Shown here piece by piece: positions 1-12,796 of a stretch of 64,000 nucleotides of DNA (position 1 is its first letter; the number at the start of each line of letters is the position of its first letter). The stretch comes from Fistulifera solaris (lineage: Eukaryota): NCBI GenBank assembly GCA_030295235.1, contig AP026147.1, forward strand, positions 496,001 to 560,000, in the 5' to 3' direction. A model generated the notes under the pieces. The model did no database searches. It saw only the letters and a list, made by a program, of their open reading frames with translations, and was not told the origin of the DNA. The position numbers and the translations under genes were made by a program.

Positions 1-2438
1 ATCTCCTCCCTGTAATAAACCTCCTTGATAGATCCTGGGGTATTTTTTCGCACGTGGGATAGTCTGATACAGTGGTTGCCAGCGTAAGCCTTGACATATA
101 TTCTTGTTGTGATGCTGATAGCTTCCATTCCGAAGACAAGACATTCTCCATTTTGTCATCCAAGCTGGCGTCACGCCCTCTTTTCTTGGCTCCGTCGTGC
201 CCTTCTACCTGCGAACTACGAAAAGAATTAGACACGGCCATCTTCTTTTCGCAAACGACTGGCCTCGTTGGAAAGAGGGGATCGCCGATGTTGACCTTAA
301 ACTTGTTGCTTTTCAGCGCGCGGGCCAGCGTCCCTACGGAGTGCTTAGAACTATCGTAAGATTTCTTTTCCTGACCTTCCGAGACTAAGACTACGACACG
401 TCCATCGCGTTTTCTACCTGTCCTTCCAATACGCTGGATTGAACGTATGGCTGATCGAACGACATCGTAGTTAACTATCAAGTCAACTTCACCTATATCC
501 AAACCTGACAGAAACAGCAAGAAAGTGGTTTAGAACCGAAGGATAGGTAAATGCGTAAAAGTAAGGTTTTGTCACGTACCTTCTTCACCAATCGAGGTGC
601 ACACCAGTACGTTGAACACATCGCTGCGAAACTGGCGAATGACTTCTTGCTGTTCCGCTTGGTTCATGCCCTGGAGCTGCCCTTCTGTTCCTTTTGTACG
701 GTTGCCTTGTCCAATAAAGTGCCTTGGTCGAATTAATGGCGAACATGCTTGCAGGGTAGAAACGATTTCGGATACCGAGTCTCGAAATTGCGAAAAGACA
801 ATCGACCGCGATGACCTGCCAATCGCTCGGTCCCTTTCAAAGTGCTCCGTCAAGATCTCTCGTAATTTCATTAGCTTGGGGTTGTTGGCAACTGCATCCT
901 TTCCATTTTCTACAACATTCCATACTTTGAGAAACTCTTCGGACCGCAAAAGGGTGACATGGGACCCGTTTGCCGAGTACTGAGAAGTCGTTTCATAACG
1001 GAATGCACACATGCCAGTCCGTTGACATGAACTTTGGTGCGCAAATCGCATAAGGTCGTCGCGATATGAAATATACCGGAAAGACTGGTATCCGGAAGAC
1101 GTTCCTGAATCTTTCTCAGCTGATGGGAAGTGATATACTGATAGTCTAAGTTTCCACTCAGGGCACCCCGAGCCCGCAGCCTATCCAACTGTACCAACAA
1201 CAGATCATTCAGCATCCTTTCGACATCTTTCGCGACGCTCACGTTCGGCACCAGAACTTCTTCTACAGCACGGTCGTGAATGTATTTCGCAATGCTCGCA
1301 TCATCTTCGGTTCGCGCCTCAATTTTACTGATTCGCAATACATCAATGACCGCTTGTATGTCTTTAATGGTTTTGCCGGGCGTTGCACTCAATCCGAGCA
1401 GCCGAAATTTGGCATTGGATTCGAATAGTCGATTGACGATGGTAACATACGAGTGATTGCCCGTCGCTCGATGCGCTTCGTCCAGCACCACACACACAAA
1501 GTAGTCGGGATTGCACCGCGATGCTTCCAAATCAAATTGAATGGTTTGAGGAGTACAATAGAAAACTCGTTTTTCGTTCCACAATTCGGCCCTGCGACTG
1601 GCATTGATCTTGCCCGTGAGTACAGCCGTATCTGTTTCGGGAATTCCCATAATATTAAAACAGGCTTGGACTTGCTGATTGACCAACGGCAACGTGGGAG
1701 CCAGAAACAATATTTTCCCTCGAGGGAAGAAGCGATAATAGTTGTACATGACAACCGCCGCGATCAATGTTTTACCCAGGCCCGTGGGTAGTGAAACCAG
1801 TGTGTTCTCATGAATGGCAGCTTCTGAGATTTCCAACTGATAATCTCGTTTCGGAAAGTCGTCATCGACAGGGAAAATCCATTCTTTCGAAGATGCCTGG
1901 TCCAAGGGAACGGGTCCCGGTGTAAACGGAATGGGCTGCCGTTGCTGGTGACTCGTTGGACGAGACGAATTAGTACGGGGCTGAAAAATGGGACAAATGT
2001 TGTTGGTTTTCGACGGCAGCTGTCGTTGCGTTCCCTCCGACGAGGTTGGAGTCGATGATGTTTGCAGTGTACAGGGATGATGAACGCTTGTTGCTGTTGC
2101 TTGAAGTACATACTGTGTCCGAGAATCCTGCTCGGGCTTTGACTGCTGATTTGAATTCATTACTTGATTTGGTGCCTTTTTGATAAAATAGGGATTGGAT
2201 ATCACTTTACTGTTTTTCTGTGAAGCTGTCGGCGGGCGATTTTCAACATCATTCATCACCGGAGCTCGAGCAAAAGAGGATTTGTTTGACATTCCTTGGG
2301 TATAGGAATTCCGTTTACGAAATCATGCATGTGCTTGGATGTCACCCTCAGCTGATGACACATGGAACATCTTTCTCCAGGAGCATGATGCTGAAACGTG
2401 CAGTGTGCGCACGTCCATCCAAGTGATGTCGACGACAT
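1..2438 (-). CDS. FANCM: FANCM/Mph1-like DEAH helicase with N-terminal RanBP2/NZF zinc finger; 3' end runs off the window
   Basis: Helicase motifs LPTGLGKT, DEAH, LGLSATPG, IVFSQFRDSV, FIGQG and CTSIGEEG. After a GT-AG intron (579-505) the frame continues LDIGEVDLIVNYD...QRIGRTGRKRDG. Apparent frameshifts near 2290 and near 950 (T run). N-terminal WTCAHCTF...CSMC. Confidence 0.88.
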
Positions 2439-3327
2439 TCTATCACCCTTCACTATCAAAAAGTCGAAGGATCAGGCGAGGTATGTAACATCAATGAAAT
2501 GCGATTTATGAGGATTACGCTTGTTAGATTATGAATGAATAAGAACTCCTATTGTCGTCTCTGCAAAAGCTTTCGCATTTCACTTCTTTATCATTTTCAA
2601 CAACAGCTTTGCATCTCCACGGCATCATTTTTTGGGTCCGTTCAAAACATCGTTACACCACACGCTTTAATCCAAAAACGTGAAAACGTAGGCATCAGAT
2701 CGTATCGGTACTCAACTTGTGTGTGAAGTGTGAACAGAATATTTAACCCGTAACTCTATTGAATCCGTCGGTCGGTATGAAAGTTGGCGTTGAGCTCGGC
2801 ACTTGGTACTGTGCACGGAGAATTGGTGCTAATCATTATCTGCAATAAAGTAGACCAGTCTCCTCAAAACTGTACTGTTATTTCCTAGTTCGTATTTGAT
2901 ATTTAAAGATCGTACATATAACATTATTGAGTCAATACCGTAAAGATATCCTATAAGGCAATTTGTAGTCGTGTCCAGTAATGTTCTGGGCGACCATCCG
3001 AAAATGAAAGAGCTTCCCCACAGTCAAATATAGAGTAAATTTCTGGTATAGAGAAATAAGAACGTAGAACTCGTGCGCATCAGTTGGAGTTGCATGCGGT
3101 GGATCATGACGCGGAACAGCGGGCAACAGCAAACCGCGGAGCAGCCTCGCAAAACTTGCACCTCGTCCTTGCGGTTTGTTGGGGGGCAAGATTATCGACA
3201 AGACCCTTATGTTTCTTGTGCTTCCAGTGTGTTCATCCGAATCTTCTTCTTTGCTCTGTTCTCCAATCAATTTCAATATTTGTAGTTTCTGTTTGATTTG
3301 TCCTCATATCAATCGCAGATTCTCAGT

Positions 3328-6300
3328 ATGGTGATTCAGGAAGCTGAAATGATACGCCCCATCGCATCTGATGCTATTCATCGAATAGTAGCTGGGCAAG
3401 CTGTTACGGATCTTGCAAGCTGTGTGAAGGAACTGGTCGACAATGCATTAGATGCGGGAAGCAGAACCATTAACGGTGAGTGTTGCGAAGAATTTCGATG
3501 TCTCAGAATGGCTGATTTTCTAAACTCGAAACATCAACGTACTCATTCTTCTTCCTTTTCTTCGCTTTAGTGCGATTATTCAATCAAGGCGTGGATATCG
3601 TGGAAGTCAGCGACGATGGTTGTGGAGTTCCGAGGTGTTCGAGGCCTCTTTTGGCGCTACCGCACGCAACCAATAAAATTCAATCCATCGACGACCTTTA
3701 TCATCGCGCGACACCACTCACTCTGGGTTTTCGAGGAGAAGCTTTGTTTTGTCTCGCCAACCTGAGTGCCCGTTTAGTCATCGCCACACGAACCGCCGAC
3801 GAAGAACTGGCGCAAAAGATGGAGTTTGGTCGTGACGGAAGCCTGATTATGGATTCGGTCGTGGAGATGCCCCGCAAAGTGGGGACCACGGTGGCTGTAG
3901 TTAAACTCTTTGAGACGGTACCCGTACGGCAAGCTGATATGAAGCGTCAAATACAGAATCAGAGAAGTCGGATGATGAAAATGATGGAAGCGTACGCTAT
4001 TTTTTCGGTGGGAGTTTGTTTTAACGTCATGGATATTGCGACGGACGGAAATGGGAGAGAAAGCCGACTGTTGGCGACTACAATCAACAGCACTCGAATG
4101 GAAGAAACTATCACGGCAGTACTCGGCATTCGTTTCATGACGAAACTGAGTCCCATTGATATTGATATGAATTCAGTTTATGTGTCAGAGGTACCAACAT
4201 TAGATTCGGAAGCGCCACAGCCCAAATGGGGTGTGAAGGGATTTGTTTCAACGGCATCTCCAGCTGGAAGCAGTGATAGCAACCGCAGCGACCGCTGTGT
4301 CCAATATTACTGTATCAATGGACGGCCGGTCGAGTTACCGCAGATTACGCGATTGATCAACGACATCTGGCGAAATACCTTTGGTCAAAGCAAACGACCG
4401 TCTTGTATTCTAACGTTTACGCTACCTTGCCACTCCTTTGATGTGAATGTTTCACCCGACAAACGAGAAGTTATATTTCCGGCGGAACAGAAATTTTGTG
4501 AATTAGTGCAACAAAAAGTATCCGAGCTATGGGCGTCGCAGACACACGGAAAATTTACACAGCAAATCATCGATTCGTCATGTTCCAGAACCGATGCGGA
4601 GGAACAAATAGAAAAAAGACCCGATGAGATACTAGGATCACCAGGAAGATTCAAACGACGGCATGCATTTTCGCACGATTTCACGAAGGCCAAATTACAA
4701 CATGAATCGGAAGACCGTCGCCTGAGCCAAGAACTACATGCGAAGAGCCACGAGGTGGCCGCCCCGAATAACGATGAGGTCGATGATCAAGCGAACGCTG
4801 TTTCGGAATCTGCTGGCGAATCTGAATCGGATCAAAGTCATGACAGGCATCGTAAACGACAACGAGCAGCTGGTACTATGTTGGACGATACCACGCCATC
4901 AGAAAATATCAACAAGACCACTTCACTTACGAACTCTGCCGTGACTCCATCACCGGCGAGTCAAAGTTTACATAATGATAACGAAGAACACTCCGATTCA
5001 GTAAATGATGGGAGTAAGATGACCGCTGCGGAACAGGCCGGTTGGAGGCGGATACAAAGATCATTTAATTCTCAGTCAGGTGGTGATATGGAAGTCGATA
5101 TAGCTACTGCCACGAGGCGTCCTCGTCAAACGGCAGCAGTCGACTTCGATCAGAAACAAGGCAAATTGACAGAGTTCGGCTTTGAGAATCTTGGATACAA
5201 AGCAGTCAAACGGGTAAGCTTTGACCAGTTGCGGAGGACCCATGATGATGCAGCTACCGTTCAGCAAACAAGGAACACTTCTGTGGAAGCTACATCGCTT
5301 TACGGCACGCGCCGCGTGAGTGGCGAATCAACGGGATCGGTGCCTCAATTAACTCGAAATAATGAGCCACGCGATAATCTTAATTCGTCAGGTTCAAAAT
5401 GGACTTCGGTTGATATTAACTCGGAATCATCCAGCGCCGTTACTGGTTCTCAAAGCACGCTGGAGCAGTCGATTGACTGTGATTCGCAGGATGATTCTGA
5501 ATCAAATTCACCTGAAGTGATCTGGAAATCGTTTCAAAGTACGGAAGCTGTCATTGCTTCTTTCCAACAATATAACACGGTGGTAGAGGAACGGAGTAAG
5601 AGACTTCGAGAGACGATCCGTGGCATCGCACCTACAAGCACCGACAACGATAAGGAAAAGCCCCTTTCTGATGCGACAACCATTGGTCTTTCGAAGGAAG
5701 ATCTGGGAAAGAATATGACGATCATTGGGCAATTCAATATGGGTTTTATTCTCGCGCACACGCCTGATTATCATTTGTGGATCCTCGATCAGCACGCTTG
5801 CGACGAGAAATACAATTTTGAGCGTCTTTGCGTCGAAACCAAAATACACGAACAGCGTCTCATGGCACCGTTACCGATTGAACTGTCTCCTACAGAAGAG
5901 ACGTGTGTTATGGACAACATGGAAATTTTTGAGAAGAATGGATTCCGTTTTCAAATAGATGAGACCAAACCTCCCCGCCATCGCCTGGCTTTAACAGCCT
6001 TACCGCACAGTGGTGCCGCTGATGGGAGAAAGGCGGTCCAATTCGGAAAGGAAGATGTTGTTGCTTTGTGCGAGATATTGGGTGTCGACGATTCCTTGTC
6101 TTCGTATGACGCCCCGTCGGGTTGCGGCACCGGAGCCGACGGTTCGGGTATGTACGGCAACAACGCGGTCCGACGGTACACTCGTTCTGACGGCAACAAT
6201 TCGGCATCCCGTATCATTGCACGTCTTCCGAAAGCCATAGCCATGTTCGCTAGCCGAGCTTGCCGCGGAAGCATTATGGTTGGGCAAGCTCTCAATGAAA

Positions 6301-6473
6301 CCGAAATGAAGCGCATTACGACACGACTCGGTGACTTGGAACACCCATGGCAGTGTCCGCATGGGCGATCTACAATTCATCACATTGGCAGTCTGGCACA
6401 AACTTTGCTCAACGATGAGCAAAGGGTCCACGAGTATAGATCAGCAACTGGTCTTGCTTCCAGCCGAACTTGA
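3328..6473 (+). CDS. PMS2: MutL-family mismatch repair endonuclease PMS2 (yeast/plant PMS1 type)
   Basis: GHKL motifs VKELVDNALDAG, DDGCG and LGFRGEAL; C-terminal DQHACDEKYNFE, ACR and CPHGR endonuclease motifs. Intron 3476-3570. Confidence 0.93.
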
Positions 6474-6616
6474 AGCACTCCCAATGAATGAATCACTCGG
6501 AAGTACACGACTTCAAGAAAACTTAGAAATTCAATTGATGCTATAAAACGTATATTAGATTCGCTTATTTGTATCTGAGCTCTCTCTAAAACAATCCCTT
6601 AGACTTCGGTAAAAAG

Positions 6617-7434
6617 CTATGCGCTACTTTGCTTATCATCTCGATTGCATTTTTCTTGAAGAAGCGCATTCCTCATCCGAATCACACTTTGCGCACCCGT
6701 CTTTCCTATCGTCTTGACGTACAACCACATGGGAATGAAACCACCGGTCCCATCTTCCGCAGAGTCATTCAAATCGATCCGACACATGATAGTCAACTCC
6801 GTTTGGGTGTTCTCTTGCAGGGGCTTGTAAAAAGCAATGGAATCTTGGAACGCACGTGTATATCCCGGTTGCCGTGGCACCAGATCCGTTTTTACCGAAA
6901 GTGTCCCCGATACCCATGTTCCATCCGACAACGGTTCATCTTGCACGGACAAAAAGACCAGATCACGTTTTCCAAACGCCAAAAGTCGTTTGGTTCGTTT
7001 CCGACACAGAATCATACGGACTTGGTCGTGTTGGTAGCTACCGTGCAGACTCACACCTTCATAAAAGGGATCCATTTTGGGCATGGAAGTATCCCAGTTT
7101 GACAATGACAAAAAATTCCAGCATTCTTCGACCGGAACCGGAAAGATACCTTTCATGCGAACGTAGGGACACGTGGGATCTTCGGGATGTTGCAATAAAC
7201 AAACTTCGACTCCTTCTTTTCATATAACAGTTTCCAGTCTCCTTTGGCAGCTTTCGTTTGATATTCGGATTGCAGTTCACGATACGCTTGATACAGATCG
7301 TGGGCGAGAATCGGGGATGACAAAGTTTTGCCGCGTTGCGGTTTTGACGCCGCAGGGTGATTCGTTTGGCACGTTACGGCTTCGAAATGAACGAACGACA
7401 CGCCGATAAGAAGTAGGAAACGAAAGCCTTTCAT
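6617..7434 (-). CDS. START-domain (lipid-binding) protein with signal peptide
   Basis: Hydrophobic N-terminus; W-K-L-L-Y-E-K, GKRDLVF, GYTRA and G-GFIPMW are START-like. ORFs 7153-7434 and 6617-7195 join if one A is added to the homopolymer near 7217-7220. Confidence 0.7.
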
Positions 7435-7779
7435 GACAACAATGCACCTATGGCTTTTACACCTCCCTTATTGGTTTGACATGCATTTGTTGCGAAAAAA
7501 TGCGATGCGAGCCGCCTGCATTCCAAAAAAGCACTATAGGTTCAAAGTGTTGGTTGAGGCCATCACGGATTACGGAAAAAGGACGCAAAAACGCCAGCAA
7601 GCACAACCGCAAATGAAAAATGTTGAAGTGTCTATTCGCATGGAATGGGCGCTGATATGGTCAGTAGTAATAAACAAACTTCATTCAATGCAACATCTCG
7701 ACTATTTGCCTAAAAAAGCTTCCGGATCGTTGACCGCGATGTTGACTATAGACTCAAAGTGTTAGTTTACGCCATCAAC

Positions 7780-7794
7780 GACTGAAATTCAGTC
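7780..7794. promoter_or_regulatory. Palindromic intergenic motif GACTGAAATTCAGTC (one of about 11 copies in the window)
   Basis: Seen between the divergent START and LRR-kinase genes; related copies occur in other intergenic regions. A regulatory role is inferred only. Confidence 0.4.
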
Positions 7795-8007
7795 ACGTTT
7801 TACACACGGAGAATAAAACGACGACGATGCGATTACAAGTAAAAAAAAAGACGAAAGCAATTGGGTCCACAAATAATGATCCTCTCGTCTTCGTCCAAGC
7901 GAATTAAACGTCAAGCTACTTCGATCTCTTCATAATAATAAGAGAATAGCTAAAGATATATCAAGCAGCCGCAACTTTAGAGACAAAAGGCACTCGATAC
8001 GCACACA

Positions 8008-9384
8008 ATGACTTTCTGTTCTTCCGACATTCCGATCGACTCTCTACAAGAATTGAAGCGTGTCGTCGAACTCGCCAAACTCGACGTGCCTTTACCGATT
8101 TCTTTTCCCTTGGACGATGTTCACACACTCAATTTATCCAACTGTGGTCTCAGCACACTTCCAATTGGCTTTGAAAAGGCATTTCCCCAATTGTCTATCT
8201 TGTTTCTTTCCAACAATCAATTTCAACAAGTACCCGAAGTCATCGGAAAATGCCCTCATTTGCAAATGGTCGCTTTCAAATCCAATCAACTAACAACCAT
8301 TCATCCTGAAGCACTTCAATCACAATTACGGTGGCTCATATTGACCGACAATCAAATTAGCACCATCCCCGAGACCATCGGACGCTGTACGCGATTGCAA
8401 AAGTGCATGTTGAGTGGTAATCAAATACAAACATTGCCGGACGCCATGGCACACTGTACCAATCTGGAATTGATTCGTTTGGCGTCCAATCAATTGAAGG
8501 AACCGCCCATGGTACTCTTGCGACTTCCCAAACTCGCGTGGATGGCGCTCTCCGACAACCCGTTTTTGCATTCCGTATTAGAAGCACACGCTGATTTGAA
8601 AGGGTTGCGAACGTTGGAGGACTTGGAAGAATCAAATGACGCCGCGATTTTAGGCCAAGGTGCCAGTGGGATTACTCGCCAATATGAGTATCAAGGACAA
8701 AAGGTCGCTGTCAAAACATACAATACCGACATTCGTGTCACATCGGATGGATTACCGGAAGAAGAACGCCGCATCCATTGTGCCGCTGCGGCTTTGGATT
8801 GTTCCGCACTCATTCGTGTGTTGGGACAAACGGTCCGTGGCTCCTTGGTCATGGAATTGCTGCAAGACTTTCGGGCCATTGGGGATCCTCCGAGTTTTGA
8901 TTCCTGTTCGCGCGATGTGTATTCCAACGATTCACTGGTACACGCATTGACGACCGAGCAAGCCATGACGATCGTTTCGGCCTTACTGCAAACACTCGCG
9001 GCATTGCACGAACAAGGTATTTGTCATGGTGATTTCTATGGTCACAATATACTCGTCTGTGCCACCGACCTCAATCAAGTTCGATTGAGTGACTTTGGTG
9101 CGGCATTCTTTTACGAAAAAGGGTCGTCGTGCGGAACCTTTCTGGAACGCATCGAATTGCGTGCTTTTGCTATTTTTGTGAAAGAAGTCAATACTCGTTT
9201 GAAAGAAGGCGAATCGCCGCTCCTCCGTGCACTCGTGGCGCGGTGTCGCAAGGAAGAACCCAGTTCCGAGAACAACTTCGATCGCGTATATATTTGGTGG
9301 AAGCAAACGCAATTGACGGATATTGCCAAAGAATTTGGGTTGGGAATTGATGAAACTGTTGTAGAAGAAAAAGAAGCTAATTAA
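8008..9384 (+). CDS. Leucine-rich-repeat plus kinase-like protein (intronless)
   Basis: About 7 LxxLxLxxN repeats, then LGQGASG, VAVK, HGDFYGHNIL and SDFGAA kinase-like motifs. Confidence 0.85.
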   Translation: MTFCSSDIPIDSLQELKRVVELAKLDVPLPISFPLDDVHTLNLSNCGLSTLPIGFEKAFPQLSILFLSNNQFQQVPEVIGKCPHLQMVAFKSNQLTTIHPEALQSQLRWLILTDNQISTIPETIGRCTRLQKCMLSGNQIQTLPDAMAHCTNLELIRLASNQLKEPPMVLLRLPKLAWMALSDNPFLHSVLEAHADLKGLRTLEDLEESNDAAILGQGASGITRQYEYQGQKVAVKTYNTDIRVTSDGLPEEERRIHCAAAALDCSALIRVLGQTVRGSLVMELLQDFRAIGDPPSFDSCSRDVYSNDSLVHALTTEQAMTIVSALLQTLAALHEQGICHGDFYGHNILVCATDLNQVRLSDFGAAFFYEKGSSCGTFLERIELRAFAIFVKEVNTRLKEGESPLLRALVARCRKEEPSSENNFDRVYIWWKQTQLTDIAKEFGLGIDETVVEEKEAN

Positions 9385-9822
9385 ATGTCTTTCGGCTTTC
9401 GTTCCTTACACACCACATGAACTACGCATGAATTGATAAGTAAGCTTCATATTATCGACAAATAAAGCTTTCTTTAAACAAAAAAAACAATTTCTTGCCG
9501 ATTCTGCACAACAAAAACTAGAGTTGACGGTGTCTTGCCGGTAATGACCCTAGCATTTTTGCTGACGCGTCAAGGCGCAAACGATCCACCAACCAGAACT
9601 CGGGAAAGGACGAATGTCCGTGGAGTACATTTCAGAACATAGTCGAAGTATTTCCTAGGAATGACGTCATCTGATGACTATAGCCTATTATGTAGATTAC
9701 TTTTCAACGGAAAACGGAAGTGCCTTCACTCGTCTTCCTCGTCGTCTCCGCCAACGAAAAAGAGGAAAACGCCTCGTCTCTCACAAACATGCCAAACATT
9801 ACGGTGTATTATAAATAATACG

Positions 9823-10749
9823 ATGCTCACCGACAACGAGAACAGCGAAATAGACGCATTCGATGCCTACATGCGTAAGGGCGAGTTTTTGCGCCGTTTA
9901 CGAGAACTAGAGTTGCAAGATGAAGCGGAACGAGCAGCGCAAGAAGATTCGTTCGAGAGTAGTCAACCGAATGCCGTTGTAACAACATCGGCGGGTCAGC
10001 AAATCTTCATCTACGAAACATTTTTAGCCGATCAGCGCTATTATGACGACTCCAAACACATCAACTACAAATATATTGACTACGGAACGCTCGGAACGTC
10101 CAGGCCGTTGGTGATGGAACAGGATCATCGTCTCGGTAAGGGCGGACTTTGTTGGGATGCCGCCTTTATTTTAGGAGAATACGTCGAAAGCGTTTGGAAG
10201 AATCACCCTTTACTTCCCAACAAAACGTTTATCGAACTCGGATCAGGGACAGGTTTGGCTGGTTTAATGGTAGCAAAAGCACTGGATGTACACGTGACCA
10301 TGACCGATTTGCCCGAATTAATGCCATTGCTGCAGCGGAATATAGCTCGCAATCTACCGGATGAAGATACCAAAGAGTTGGATGAAGTGTACTGGGAATA
10401 CATGGGCGGAGACGAAACTGGCTGCCGTCGGGGGAGCGCTACGGCGTCGGTTCTTTGTTGGGGGAACAAAGAGCAACAGGAAAGTCATGGAACATTTGAT
10501 GTCATAGTAGGAGCCGATCTAGTCGCTTCCTTGTATGATCCGTATGCGCTCGCTGATACGTTGTTTCAGCTTTGTCATAATCAAAGCAAGGTGTACATTA
10601 GCTTTAAGGAACGACAGACAGAATACCATGTCATGTTTGAAACTGCCATGCGCAAGCGTTTTTCCAAAATGGACATTATGATTCCTCAGAGCCGGAATGC
10701 CAATCCCGCTGTAAGGATTCTGGTGGCCGAAAGCAAGAAGATGTCATGA
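9823..10749 (+). CDS. METTL21/Methyltransf_16-like SAM-dependent protein methyltransferase
   Basis: GGLCWDAA, IELGSGTGLAG, TMTDL, LCWG and DVIVGADLV motifs. The ORF is open from 9661; ATG at 9823 is the more plausible start. Confidence 0.85.
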   Translation: MLTDNENSEIDAFDAYMRKGEFLRRLRELELQDEAERAAQEDSFESSQPNAVVTTSAGQQIFIYETFLADQRYYDDSKHINYKYIDYGTLGTSRPLVMEQDHRLGKGGLCWDAAFILGEYVESVWKNHPLLPNKTFIELGSGTGLAGLMVAKALDVHVTMTDLPELMPLLQRNIARNLPDEDTKELDEVYWEYMGGDETGCRRGSATASVLCWGNKEQQESHGTFDVIVGADLVASLYDPYALADTLFQLCHNQSKVYISFKERQTEYHVMFETAMRKRFSKMDIMIPQSRNANPAVRILVAESKKMS

Positions 10750-11627
10750 CGAGACTCCATATTCCCTCTGACGAAAGAGGCCGCCGACTCATTTCCTGTA
10801 AGCAGAGGGCGAACTATTTTTGTCGAAAGTCTTTGTTTTTAGCTGTGGCGTTTTGGGAAAAGATCCATGATCCATGATTCAATCCTCTGTACAATTTCTT
10901 ACTGAAGTAATACTTCATAATCATCAGTTAAAAATATTTCCGACCTCCTTAAAACAGATGAAAATGAAGAAGAAAGATGGGAGAGATCGAGTTGAGTAAC
11001 TGTCATCGTGACTGAATCCACAACACCTTCACCCACTTAACGTCTCTAGTCAATTGTGAATTCTTTACATCCTAAGGATTTTCGACTTTATTGATCCAAA
11101 GATGCATTCTAGCGTTAGCAATCTGTTTTATGCGGAACAATGACTGAAATCCAGTCACGGGTAATGGGGGGATGGGACCGCTGTCGCTGTCGTGTGTCTT
11201 CATAGGCCTGTTATGCCCTAGAAACTCCTACAGTAGCCTCCCGACCCTAAAATTTTACAGCAAAACAAGTGGCCTTGGGCCTTTGTCGGCACAGCGCACA
11301 ACGGTCCACCGAACGAAAAAAGGCTAAAAAGGAATGAATGAATAAGGAACTTTTTCATGACTGAAATCCAGTCATGAGATACGGCCTTGAGCCTACTTCA
11401 TACAAAGTATGCTATACTCCATAGGTCTAATAGGGAGTAAATTATTAGGAATGTTTGGCCTGATGCGATCTTCAAAGGCGTTTTAGGCCAAAAAGCCTGC
11501 TGTCCCGGCCTACTAAGGAGCCTTGAGTTCGGCCTTGGGCCTATCGCAAATATTGCAAAACACACGCATCGCAACATCGCAACAAATGCCGCAACAGCAA
11601 GGCACCGCGCCCACATAAAATTGCCGC

Positions 11628-12674
11628 ATGGAGAAAAAAAGGCGAGTGTACTTGAAAGCTATTACTCCTCTCTTCGGTCAACCAATGTCAAAACGAACTA
11701 CTCTGGATCGACGCATCGTTCCGGTGCTACCAAAGCCAGAGGATACAGCTTCGCGTCGAGACGGAGTATCGGTCGCCACGGAACGTTATCATCGCCTCCA
11801 CGGCACGTCGCTCCTCTTGGATGCTGCGGATGCATTGAATGTTTCTTCCGCTTCCTGTTATGCGACAGCCTGTGTCTTGTTTCATCGCTTCTATCATCAG
11901 ATTTCTCTCCGTGAAGTAGATGTATGGAGTGCGGCCATGGGTTCGTTTCTTCTCGCCGTCAAAATAGAAGAATTGACCATTTCACTGAAACAAGTCATTG
12001 CGACGTTTCTACGACTCTACCGAAAACGCAAAATGATACTCTTGGAAGATGACGAAGTTGTTCAGTGGATCATGAAGCAGCCTTCGATTGCGTACGATTC
12101 ATCCGCTGCATTGCCCTTCGCGCAAAAGGATAGTTTGATCAGAGAGAACGATAATACGTCTGCATCCATCAATCCCTTTGGTCCTTTATGGAAAGAGTGG
12201 CAGGAAGTGGTGATTGAGACCGAAAACAAAATATTACGAGCACTCGGTTTTACCGTTTACTGGATTCCCGACCATCATCCACACAAATTCATTCTCTATG
12301 TGCTACGCGTTCTCGAAGTGGACTCCCACAAAGGACTGGCCCAATTGGCCTGGAATTATTGCAACGACTCGTGTCGACTGGATCTTTGCGTGCGATTTGA
12401 GGCGCATCTCATGGCGTGTGCGGCCATCTGTCTCGCCGCATCCGAACAAGGCGTAGTTCTGCCGGACAGTTCGTTGCCCACCACGATCAAGTGGTGGGAA
12501 GTGTTATGTGGACCCGGTCATGAGGCGGAATTAGATGTGATTCAGAAGGAACTTCTTGCTTTAAAGGACAAGGAATCGGATGTCGTCATGGCGTCGGTAG
12601 CGTTTGTGAAATCGTTGGTCAAGAACGAAAGCTTCAACGATCCTCAAAGTTTTTCATGGGAATCTATCAAATGA
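11628..12674 (+). CDS. Cyclin L-like transcriptional cyclin
   Basis: ATACVLFHRFY, LAVKIEE, ENKILRALGF, HPHKF and AWNYCNDS cyclin-box motifs. Confidence 0.85.
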   Translation: MEKKRRVYLKAITPLFGQPMSKRTTLDRRIVPVLPKPEDTASRRDGVSVATERYHRLHGTSLLLDAADALNVSSASCYATACVLFHRFYHQISLREVDVWSAAMGSFLLAVKIEELTISLKQVIATFLRLYRKRKMILLEDDEVVQWIMKQPSIAYDSSAALPFAQKDSLIRENDNTSASINPFGPLWKEWQEVVIETENKILRALGFTVYWIPDHHPHKFILYVLRVLEVDSHKGLAQLAWNYCNDSCRLDLCVRFEAHLMACAAICLAASEQGVVLPDSSLPTTIKWWEVLCGPGHEAELDVIQKELLALKDKESDVVMASVAFVKSLVKNESFNDPQSFSWESIK

Positions 12675-12796
12675 AATGAAACGATAAAGGGCGCGTTTGT
12701 TTGTGCAAAGCTATGTACCAATTATTCAAGCGCTACTGTTCAAATCTGTTTCACTGCTTACAAAAATAATCATTCCCAAACAGCAATCGGAATGAT

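Noticed and set aside
11200..11545. GGCCTT-rich patch upstream of cyclin L
   Set aside because: Too degenerate to define a repeat unit or element.
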